A DNA stretch of 64,000 nt from Ostrea edulis (Eukaryota): the NCBI RefSeq assembly GCF_947568905.1, contig NC_079166.1, positions 90,706,001 to 90,770,000 of the forward strand. Direction: 5' to 3'. Positions 20,225-31,356 of the stretch are shown here, one piece after another (positions within the stretch are counted from its first letter, which is position 1; each line of letters begins with the position of its first letter). The position numbers were made by a program, and so were the translations under genes. The notes under the pieces were generated by a model. It did no database searches and was not told the DNA's origin. It was given only the letters and a program-made list of their open reading frames with translations.

Positions 20225-23200
20225 ATGATGTTCTCGAAGATGACAGCCATTACGGAAATCATATTCCTGCTCAGTGTCATTCTCATCTGCAATGTTACCG
20301 GTAAGTTATCGAGTGTGTTTTCTATCTGCAATGTTACCGGTAAGTTATCGAGTGAGTTTTCTATATGCAATATCATCGATAAGTTATCTAGTGTACTTTC
20401 TATCTGCAATATCATCGGTAACTTATCGAGTGTACTTTCTATCTGCAATATCATCGGTAAGTTATCGAGTGTGTTTTCTATCTGCAAAATTACCGGTAAG
20501 TTCTTGAGTGCACTTCCTATCCAGAGTATGTGTTTTAGCATGCACTAAAGGGTGCGATTATCATTTTATACCCTCTCCTTATGATTTTCATTGTCACTCC
20601 ACGAACTGCAACCTGAACACATTGAACAAGCATTTAAAAGTTTAAGTGAAGTCGTACACTTGCATACATAATTGTATCATATGCATTACGAATTGTAGAG
20701 TGTTTTGTGAACATGCAGTTGGACAGTCAGTACGCATGTACTTCCATTTTCATTATTCCACTTTCTATATTTCAGAAGCTGTTTACTACTGCAATGTAGC
20801 AGGTATGAATTGAAAAATAAAAATTGATTTTAGGTATTTGTTTCTTAAATAATGATACCTAGCTAATATTTCAAACCCAAAAGTAACCCATTTGAATACG
20901 CAATTATGCTTCCATGATTCATCATGGTATTTCGACTTTTTCACAAAAAATACTTCCCTTTTTGACAAATTATATTTATTCTGTTGTTGCTCTTTGTTCA
21001 ACATAATTTATTTTTTGCTTTAGATCCCTGTGCTCAGGCAAATGCATCTACATTCTTTGAACCTTACGCAAGGTTTGAAAGTTGTCAGTATGATTCCAGA
21101 TTCGGGTTATGCGATCGTTATATTACCCCGGACTGGTACCGAGTGGACGACGCCATGTTGACACAATGTCCAGAGCTTCTGAGCTGTGGTGCCTTATATC
21201 CTGTTTGGCTGAATGGTAATACTACATATGTTTATAAATGTTTTTCAATTTAGCAGAAACATGTGCATAATATATCAAATAAAGAGCCATATTGTTTTAT
21301 CATAAATTTAAACATTTTGACTATTCATCACAGGCTAGATATTACATTACAAGCACAACATATTTTGCACGATGTAGTAACGAATATTGTGTATTGAAAA
21401 TGCAGAAAAGTTATGAACACACGTTGTAACCATACACATTTCTCACATTATCACCAGTGTGAGATCGACTTTGCCCATGTGAGATAGCCATGTGAGATTT
21501 TTCTGTCTCGAACTACTGCGACGTCATTTGATTGTGACGTCATATATTTTCTACGATATACGTTACACAGTGACGATTTATGTTACAAGGTGAAGTAAAA
21601 TATTTTGCATTGTTTTCTTTACATTTTAATGTAGTATAGCTTTCTGGTGGACAACCTTGAGTTTTTTTTAGTTTAAACGTACAGTAAAAACCATTTTCGG
21701 GTACGCTCTTTCTGCTTATCTAGTTAGTTTTTGCATCGAAGTTCAAATGAGAATTTTGATAATTTAGAATTTTGTCAAAGCTCCTAAATCTATGCACTAA
21801 ACTGTAGGTAAAATGTGAGAAAAATAATCCTTCATTATTTACTTGTGTGGGATAGGGAAATTCCACCTCTAGAACAAGATTCGCTGTTTAGGACTCGGCA
21901 ATGCCTCGTCCTAGACTGCGAATCTTGTCCCCTCGGTGGAATTTCCCGATCCCACACTCGTACTAATGAAGGATTCTATTAATCTTTTACAAAAAAATAA
22001 TACTCATATATCATATAAGGCATACGAAATTAAACGTAAGAAAAACATGAACCCTTGGAGACAGATGTGTAGGAGGAGTAGGCATCCCTTTTGATCAGTC
22101 AAATTCGCCGTAAACCATCTGTCTCGATTCGTATATGATCATGATGTTGAAATCTCTCAGCATTTGTTAATAACATGTTTTCATCCTGAATAATGTATTC
22201 ATCAACTCTATATGTATGAGGAGATCGTGATGTTTGCCTGAACTGAGCGTAGATACGTAGGGAAACATCTCTCTCATTCACAGGATCCTTGCCGACCGAA
22301 GCTGAGGGTATTGTTGATATAAAAGCATGTAAAGTTGGTTTTGCTGACTGTTGTTCAAGAAACTATGACGTCAAAATAAGAAACTGTGGATCCTTCTATG
22401 CCTATTGTCTGGGGGCTCTTGATTCATGCTCAGAAAGATACTGCTTTGGTAAGATAATTATTCCTAAACCGAATAAAAACATAAAAAGTGCAATTTCTAC
22501 CCACCTTTTAAGTGTAACAATGAAACGTTTCAGGGGAAAATAAAACGTCTCATGTTTTAATGCAAACAAATTATTTAGACCATATATTGCAAGAAATTCA
22601 CCCTGATTGTCTTTTATTGCGCTCATTTGAAAAAGGAAAGCAAGGTTCTTGTGAAGTTCCGACCACTGTTGGGACGACAACAACTCCCGCACCAACGACC
22701 GCTGCACCACCTACAACCTGCTCTGAAGGTAGGGGTAAAGACGACAGTAACAGTGAACTTTGATAATATTTAATCTAATGGACGGCATTTCTGACATATG
22801 AACTGCATTATTTCTTGTTCTATAGATCCATGCATCGAGAGTAATCTTCAATCATTACCACAACCCAAGGACCGCTCGATGCAGTGTGAATACAAAACAG
22901 AGGATTCTTATTGTGATAACCACCTGAGTCAAGCCTGGTACAAACACGACTCTTCAATGTTGACTCAGTGTCCTAGTCTCTTAGGCTGTGGGACAATTTA
23001 TCCTGTGTGGCTAAATGGTGAATACAAACTAAGCATAACATTTTACAAAATATCATATCTAATGAAAATAATCTTTGTTTTATACATTGCACCAATAATC
23101 AAATATGTTTCATCTTTAAAAACATGGAAACCATGACCATTAAGCTGCATTAATATAACCTAACAATATCTGTGCTATATAAGTATGTAGAAACTGGATT

Positions 23201-24808
23201 TCTGTGTGTTTGTACAGGAACAATACCCAGCACTTCAGACGGTGTGGTCACAAGAAAGGCATGTCAGAAAGGCTACGGCAACTGCTGTTCGACGTCATAC
23301 GACATCAAGATTAAGAATTGTGGCGAATATACGGCTTATTGTTTAAAAGGCCTCGATACTTGTCCATCTCGATATTGTTTTGGTAAGATCTTTACATTTC
23401 CATTTTTGTACATAACTTTCAGTGACATTTAAAAAATGGTATTCTTTTTAATCCACAGGCGATGAAGTGTGTTGGGACGGCGATGCTGAGAAACCTGACC
23501 CCGACGGTATGAATTTATGAATTGTTGATTCCATTGATAACTCCGTTTACCTTATCAGGATATAGGGCTCACGGGTGTGACCGGTCGACAGGGGATGCTT
23601 ACTCCTGCTAGGCACCTGATCCCACCTCTGGAGTGTCCAGGGGTCCGTGTTTGCCCAACTATCTATTTTGTATTGCTTATAAGAGTTACGAGATTGATCA
23701 CTCTTCGTTATCTTCACCTTTCATATATACTATATTGACATGAAAATGGGTATGAGATAATTCGAACGTATTTTTCTATTACAGAAGATCACGATAACAG
23801 GCATTTGAATTTGGAGATTATTCTGGGCGCCATATTGGGGGTGTTGACATTGATATTCGTTGTAATGCTGATCATCAATAGAAAGGCTTTAAACATTATG
23901 AAATGCTGTAAAAGGTTGGTAGATAATAACATTTGAGTGCAACATATGCTTTTAAGGTCCCAATCTTGTTTACTAAATTCATGACAAAGGACATCTATGG
24001 TGAAGTAATTGTAATTCGGTTTAGAGAAGTTTGAAAAAGGACTTATAGGAGTGTGATTGCAGGAAGGATTTGGGAATTTTAACTTCCTTCTTAGTCACTT
24101 GTTTGTTCTTAACCTATACTATTTCCAAATGTTTGACTTTTGAAGACTAATTTAATCTAAGCTTCGTCCTATCTTTTCGAAACATAATATATACAAAAAT
24201 TATTCCGGAAAGGATGTATAATATGAAGCTGCCCTTTTGATAAATCTCCTTTGTCGGACCAAAAAATCAACACATGACTGTTAATTGAAAAATACAATCA
24301 ATTACGTTTGCTACAAATGTTGTCAATGCCCTTCAATTTCAAAGAAATTGACATATTGCTCACTCAGGGTGTGACCGGTCGACAGGGGATGTTTACCCCT
24401 CCTAAGCACCTGATCCCACCTCTGGTGTGTCCAGGGATCTGTATTTGTCAAAGGCTTGCTTTTGTATTACTTATAGGAGTTGTGAGATTGACTACTGTTC
24501 GTTATCTTCAGTTTTCACCTATCTTGGTAGCTGTATGATATGTATATGTAATACAAATACATGTACATACACTATAAAATCAGTAACGAGTTTCTATTTA
24601 TATCTCTGAAACTGAACTAGCTCCTCACGACTAATAATTGAAAAAAAACCAGAAGATGATTTAATGACTAGTGCAATTCTTTAAGAATAATATGCTTTCT
24701 CATAGGGAGAGTAAATTAGGATCGACTGTGAACATTCAGAAATCAGAGAAGATTGCCATAGAAAATCCAACATACTGCGGAAGTCCCCCTCCATCCTACA
24801 GTCCTTAG
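20225..24808 (+). CDS. Gene A: type I membrane protein with two D8C (uromodulin/GP2/OIT3-like) domains
   Basis: Exons 20225-20300 (signal MMFSKMTAITEIIFLLSVILICNVT), 20776-20802, 21024-21215, 22284-22448, 22636-22728 (Thr/Pro linker), 22826-23017, 23218-23382, 23459-23506, 23785-23914 (TM LEIILGAILGVLTLIFVVMLII), 24706-24808 (..IENPTYCGSPPPSYSP*). All GT-AG, phases consistent. Confidence 0.92.
20286..20520 (+). repeat. 39-bp tandem repeat (~6 copies) containing the gene A exon-1 splice donor
   Basis: Unit CTGCAATGTTACCG|GTAAGTTATCGAGTGTGTTTTCTAT. GT at 20301, 20340, 20418, 20457 and 20496; AT at 20379. Confidence 0.92.
21826..21975. repeat. ~150-bp imperfect palindrome (long hairpin), probably part of a non-autonomous element
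   Basis: AATCCTTCATTA/TAATGAAGGATT, GTGTGGGAT/ATCCCACAC, GGGAAATTCCACC/GGTGGAATTTCCC, ACAAGATTCGC/GCGAATCTTGT, TAGGAC/GTCCTA. Confidence 0.9.
23525..23724 (+). mobile_element. Penelope-like 3' UTR fragment in a gene A intron
   Basis: GATAACTCCGTTTACC..CACCTTTCAT. Confidence 0.9.
24362..24520 (+). mobile_element. Penelope-like 3' UTR fragment in a gene A intron
   Basis: GGGTGTGACCGGTCGACAGGGGATG..GTTCGTTATCTTCAG. Confidence 0.8.
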
Positions 24809-25313
24809 TCAGAGATACTGTTGAGTCCTTAATCAGAGATACTGTTGAGGACAAGGATCATCTGCACCCCACATCAAATCCACATGAAATATATATTCTA
24901 AGAGTTCATATCGGGTTCATGAAGAATAGCTATGATTGTATATCTCTGTGTATTTTGTACTTGCAATATTTCCTTATAATACCACTTATCAAACACAATT
25001 ATCAGCTTATCTATATCAATATTTTATTTCAATATGATTTAGCTTATTCAATAATCAAGCGCTCTGATTGGTTTATAACCTACCTGTGAAATCGTTTACA
25101 CTTCAATGAACTTTGAACTCGAAAGTGACCATGCTATCACTGCTACTCAGCTGTTTCAGCAGCAAGAAACGCAGCCAGGAACCAGAGTAATCCAATTAGG
25201 CGAGAGTCTAGCAACCGGACAGGATTCGTACAAAGTTTAGTTTCCTAAGATTGTACTTTCACTTTAACTAAATAAATTGGCATGTCATGCTGTTACTGCT
25301 TGTTCTACCACGA

Positions 25314-25561
25314 GATTGATTGATTATATATTGTTCAACGTCCCTCTCGAGAATATTTCAATCATATGAAGACGTCCCTATTGCCGGTGAAGGGCTGCAA
25401 AAGTTACGGCCTTTGAGCAGGGAGGGATCTTTATTGTGCCACACCTGCTGTCACACGGAACCACGGTTTTTGCGGTCTCATCCGAAGGACCGCCCCATTT
25501 AGTCGCCTCTTTCAGCAAGCAAGGGATACTGAGGACCTATTCTAACCCGGATTCCCACGGG
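25314..25561 (-). mobile_element. SINE-like element with (AATC)n tail (second family)
   Basis: Minus strand CCCGTGGGAATCCGGGTTAGAATAGGTCCTCAG..GAGGCGACTAAATGGGG..AATCAATC. GC-rich island in AT-rich DNA. Family assignment from recall. Confidence 0.65.
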
Positions 25562-26842
25562 AAGTTATCCCATGAGAAAATGTTTGATATATCAAATGAA
25601 AGAATAACGACTTCCAATTCATCAACGTATCAAGTGTCAACACATTCATTTTTAACATGGCGGTAGCGTCTAGACTACATATGGATAATGAAGAAAGCTA
25701 TTTTGTTCATCTGAATTAAAATAGGTATTGGAATTTAATTGTATTGCTGATCTGTGATAATACTTATCAAACAATACATGTATTAAGCAAATTCGGCGCA
25801 AACATATGTTTTTCTTAGTCACAATTTTGAGCACTACACTGTTTGGTTGAAATTGAATCGGAACAAGTTATTTCTTCACTTCAGTACATACATTTATGGA
25901 AGGTGTGTTATTAAAAATATAAAACAAAGAAATCCTTGTTCTTGACAAGAAAGCATTGCGATGAAACTATAATCATAATATTCTTATGCTATTAAAATCA
26001 TCGGTTCCATGAAAGTAAACTGTTTACAATGTTCCATACCACGTTTAAACATTCTATTCATTTGTCAAAACATAAGCCCACAATGACTAGAGACTTATGA
26101 TAGAAAGAGCAATCTTCAAATAGTAATTTTAAAGATTAAACATATTTTCAAAGGACTTATAGACACGTAAACTTGGGATAGTTTACTCACATATACTACT
26201 TTTATATTGAGTTTCTCAGTTTCTAGCGGTCGATACGCAAACTGATTCAAATTGAATATTTTACTGAACGCGCATGTAGATGTTAACAACAAACTAACAC
26301 CTCAACGCCATTACGAACGGAAAAAGAAGGAGGCACAGTTTCTACACTCATCTGGTCCCGACAATGAATGATTTCAGTCGGAGTCCCAAAATCTGGCATT
26401 CAAATAAGGTATATAGAAGCAAAACTAAACTAGTTTGATTCGAATTATTCTTTGTTATACGACAGGAGCGTGAAGTTAGCATAAAACTGCAGATGATGCC
26501 AACATGAAAAAAATAATAAACATGAATTCAAGAGGTTTTCCTTTCAGAAAACATACAACCCATGCGTCTGGCAAATTTACTTTCAAATCGAGGAAGGTGA
26601 TTGACATATCTGTTCATCTTTTTAGTAGCTGTCAAATTTACAACAACCTGTCGTTACGTCGATCACAGTCTGACGTGTTTCATACCAATTGTTAAGTCGC
26701 TATAATAATTATAATATACGTACTGATGTTGCCACATTTTTTTTCTAACTGTTGCGATGGGATGCGACTTCGCGTTTTTGCCTGATGTAAATGCATGTAT
26801 TTTTTCTTCTTCTGTATATGACTTTGATATCGGATTCAAATA

Positions 26843-27050
26843 TGCTAGGTGAAGATAACGAAAAGTGATCAATCGCATAACTCCTACAAGCAATACAAAA
26901 TAGATAGTTGGGCAAACACGGACCCCTGGACACACCAGAGGTGGGATCAGGTGCCCAGGAGGAGTAAGCATCCCCTGTTGACCGGTCACACCCGCCGTGA
27001 GCCCCATATCCTGATCAGGTAAACGGAGTTATCCGCAGTCAAATCAGGAC
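26843..27050 (-). mobile_element. Penelope-like 3' UTR fragment
   Basis: Near-consensus match to 16887-17100. Confidence 0.9.
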
Positions 27051-27300
27051 TGCCTTACAGCATGATTGGGTTTAAGAATAAACTCAATGTAAGACTAAGA
27101 TAATTATTGTTCATTATCTGGAAAACAGCAAGTAACCCATCCAAAAACACAGCGAACTATGACCTTGTTTTCATAATTTTAGAAATTCTAATGGGTTGAC
27201 TTTTGTCTATCTAAGGAAATTACGATTGCACTTATTGTTCATGTAAAGTAATTTTCTAATTGTTCATGTTGCCAGTAATTTTTGTGGTTGGAATCATAAA

Positions 27301-27690
27301 GTAAAACTTATATGGTACCAACCCCGATGCACCAGACGCGCATCCCGACAAAGAACGTCTCTCTAGTGATGCCCAAACCGAAATTTTAGAAATTCGAAAT
27401 ATAATTAAACCCGTAAGAGCTGAAAGGTAGACTAAAGTGCCAAAAAAACTGGAGCGAAATTCGTCCAAGGATCAAAGATATGCATGAGGGAGATATAATC
27501 CTTAATTTTGAAATGATTTTCTAAATTTTATCTCAGCAATTAAATATGCATCCGTATTTTCAAGCTAGTAACGAAGTACTTAGCTACTGGGCTGTAGATA
27601 CCCTCAGGGACTAACAGTGCACCAGCAGAGGCTTCGACCCAGGGGTCATAATGTAAAACTTATACGGTACCAACCCCGATACACCAGATA
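27301..27690 (-). mobile_element. Retrozyme copy R3 (352-nt unit; A-to-G-rich hammerhead)
   Basis: Reverse complement of the R2 unit. Cleavage-site equivalents at 27687 and 27335. Confidence 0.9.
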
Positions 27691-28423
27691 TAAATAAAAA
27701 GGTGGAGATAACGAACAGCCACACACGCACTTTCGCTCGTACGCCCGCCCACCCACATGCACACCAGCACGCGCGCTCGCATACACAGGCACCAACGCAG
27801 ACACGCACGCACTCCCGCACCACACACACGCGCGAAAGTGTGTTGCCAAATTTTCGGGACGACCTGTCCCTTCTTCAGTATGATGGAATATTTACATCGG
27901 AAAAAAAAAACTAGATAGAAAAGTACGCTAAAACTAAAACTAAACTACAAACGCTGATAACAGTCAATATGTTTAGATATTGAAACTATCGAGTATAATA
28001 TGGAGGAAGTCTATTTTGATCGAGCGTCACGACTGAATTCCTGGATTTGATTTGTCATTTTTCAGTCCAATGACTTAGTTTCCACTTTAAAATCTGAATA
28101 CATTTGCAGTTTTTTTTTTGGAGTTTAAAGATACACACAAATCTCCTCTTTGGAAGATTGTTCACCTGATTGAATTATTCAGCTTTGGGGGTAAGCTTAA
28201 TTTTACTTTGTGTTTAATTATTGTAAATATTGAAATTAATTTTGTATGATTATTATGACAATTTGTTTGAGAAAACAAAACAAACTTTATGAAGTTATGA
28301 AGATTATGTTGTAATTGAATTATGTTTTTATAACAATATTGTTTGCCATGTTGAGACAGTCTTCCGTTTTATTGATTCGAATGTTTTTTTCAATTGTGAC
28401 ATATTGATTAGCCGATGTAATCG

Positions 28424-28427
<4 letters not shown>

Positions 28428-28469
<42 letters not shown>
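28428..28469. repeat. (CT)n microsatellite
   Basis: Direct read. Confidence 0.98.
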
Positions 28470-28471
<2 letters not shown>

Positions 28472-28662
28472 ATAATGAGGTAGGATAAACATGATTTAAG
28501 CTCAGTTTAGTGGTACGGATGTGAATACCATGTGAAGAAACTGCTATTCTATTTAAAAGTTCTGAGAAGCAAAGGAAAAACGCAGTCCTAACTTAGATAT
28601 ACTGTCAATGTTAGCAGCTTTGAATTGCAGGATACCATACACGTTGTGATGATATAATCATA

Positions 28663-29037
28663 TGTCGAAATGCGCATCTGGTGCATCAAAATTGGTACCG
28701 TATACGTTTTACATTATGACCCCTGGGCCGAGGCCTCTGCTGGTGTACTGTTAGTCCTCGAGGGTCTCCACAGCCCAGTAGCTTAGTACTTCGTTACTAG
28801 CTTGAAAATGGGGATGTTTATTTAATTGCGGTTTAAGGATTATCTCCCCATTGCATAGCTCTTATCCTTAGACGAATTTGACTCCACATTTTTGGCACAC
28901 TATTTTACCCTATAATAGCTCTAAAACTGCATTGTCATTTCGGATTTTAAACATTTCAGTTGAGCATCACTAAAGAGACATTATTTGTCGAAATGCGCAT
29001 TTGGTGCATCAAAATTGGTACCGTATAAGTTTTACAT
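28663..29037 (+). mobile_element. Retrozyme copy R4 (323-nt unit between cleavage-site equivalents 28678 and 29001)
   Basis: Begins at the 3' half of a hammerhead (TGTCGAAATGCGCATC|TGGTGC). The second hammerhead has CUGA>CUAA. Confidence 0.9.
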
Positions 29038-29750
29038 ACAACACAGGCCTGCTTGCTGTCCTTGAGTACGCTGATAGTCTGATATTTAAATTCGTTTTTG
29101 ATTTTAAGTTAATGATGCCTAGACTCATAGCGATAAATGGTATCCGATGGAAACTTTGAATGTCTCATTTGGGATTTGTAATTTAGGTATCTATTGAAAT
29201 AATGCACGAGAGGTTATGCAAAGCTTACAATTAGCCAAATACCCGAGTAAAGAAATTGTCAAATTTTTGACCCCCTTCCCAGGACACAAAATTTATATAC
29301 ACATGTTTTTTTTTTATTAAAAAGGCGCAAATTCTTATATAGATATATATAAACTTCAACACCCAATACTTAGTGTAAGATCCAACGTTTAAAATACACT
29401 AAAATGTGCAAAGTCACACACAATCAAATTTTTGTTTGACTCAGGTAAAACGAAAAGGTATAGATAAGATGACTAAAGATGCATTAAAAAAAACTGTGAT
29501 GTAATTGCTAAATAAACCTTGAGTTTGACACCTGATTTTTTTTGTATACACCTGTTTTTTTTTTAAATCGATATTTTAAAAGTTCTATGCATTGCTTCTA
29601 TTTTTAAGAATGCAAGTGGAGCTTTGATCGTTAAATGGTATTGTTGAAGGACTTCTGGGGATTGAATGATTCTGTTAAATGTAAGAGAGGTATCGATATT
29701 ACATCTTAATACGTTTTGTGTGATTGATTGAAAATGTCATTATGAAATAT

Positions 29751-29804
29751 GTATGATTATGCTTAAAATTAGATACGTCTATCTAATTTTAAGCATAATC
29801 ATAC
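29751..29804. repeat. Perfect 25-bp inverted repeat, 4-nt loop
   Basis: GTATGATTATGCTTAAAATTAGATA-CGTC-TATCTAATTTTAAGCATAATCATAC. Confidence 0.95.
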
Positions 29805-31356
29805 TTCTTTCATATTGTCATATGGTAAGCAAATAATACTAATTGTATTGTTCGTTTTCGTCGCCTTTCATTTTAATCATTTCTTAAAAACAGGAATTGC
29901 GTTTAATCGGAACGCTATTGTTTGTAAAAAAAAAAAGAGAGAGAGACAATTCATAGTTATAGCTACGAATCGAACACAGTACTTTGATTTTTAGATATCC
30001 GCTTTATACCAATTGATTTACTGCAGACATCCATTTCATCAATCTAATTTAGCTTGATGAATGGTTACATAGTTAAAAATATTGATGTGGATGTCGAATA
30101 GCCGATGAAAATTTGTACTTTATTTCCAAAACTCTAATTCTTTTCCCTTTAATTTTTCAGTCCTTAGAAAAATCAGAAAGAGGAAAAATAAATGAACTGT
30201 AGACTAAAATTAGGAGTCTACATATGGAAATCCCCTAAATGATTACAAAATAATGAACTGTATACTACAATTAGGAGTATACATATGAAAATCCCCTAAA
30301 TCTCCCTTGCTTCGCAATATCAGAAAGAGGAAGAATAAATAAACTGTAAAGTAAATTTAGCAGTATCAATTTTAAAATCCTGTAAAAACAATTATTCCAT
30401 TTAAATACCGTGACTAAAAAAATGAAACGTTATACCAAATTAAATGTCAATATTCTTTGTACTACCGATCAGTTTGTAAATGTGAGGTATCATATTCATT
30501 ACCACTGCGGTGGCGCAGACATTTTTTACTAAGGTATCTGGTAAGCAAAATCCGATATAAAAATTAGGTCTTTTGTCTAGCGAGAATGATGCTCAGACCC
30601 TAAGCAATGGGACAATAAAGTTAATGCTACTTATTAGTATCCAAACTATTATGACAAGAACTCGAGATGTCCCCCACAAAATCTCATTTCTACAAACACC
30701 ATGCATTGACTGGTATAACTGTCCACCAAAATTTAAATGGCCCACCGAAGGTAAGCACCCATCGTCCGCATCTTTTTAGGAGGTTAGAACAATCGTAAAA
30801 CCGGATTAAATCTGCACAAAACGCCCGATACATGTAATAAAAAAATCAACCAGGATGTTGCTCTGAGTAGTGCGCGGAGTATTACAGGAACCAATGACAT
30901 CATAATGCGTCGTGTTATACTTGCAATGTCACTTAATCGTCATCAAAGTGACGGCAGACTCCTTTCAATACAAGGACAATGTCTGAATGTAATTTTTATT
31001 CAAAGATAAAGTGCTGCACTCATTTGGAAGACTCTTTATTTTTACTTTACCGTTCAGATGATCGTACGCGGTTTATGAACAGTGTAATGAATATCTTACC
31101 GATCATTGGTCTGTGGGATGTAAACAGGTTTTATGTTAATATCATTAGAGTCTTGCGCGGAATCTGTAGTTGCCGCAAAGCCCGCCTAAGGCAATTTTAC
31201 AGATTATAGTCGTATATTATTGTAAGTTCAGTTCTAAAATATTGTATAACGGTAAGTTATATATAAAGAAGTGTTTTAAAGAAAAGATCAAATCTGGGAT
31301 AGATTAAGTTTGAATAATCTTCGAAATATTTATACTAAAATTATAATTACATTTAG

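Noticed and set aside
24801-24848. 24-bp tandem duplication covering the gene A stop codon
   Set aside because: The first copy already contains TAG, so it has no effect on the protein.
30170-30370. Three degenerate ~60-bp repeats upstream of gene B
   Set aside because: Ordinary decayed minisatellite with no further structure visible.
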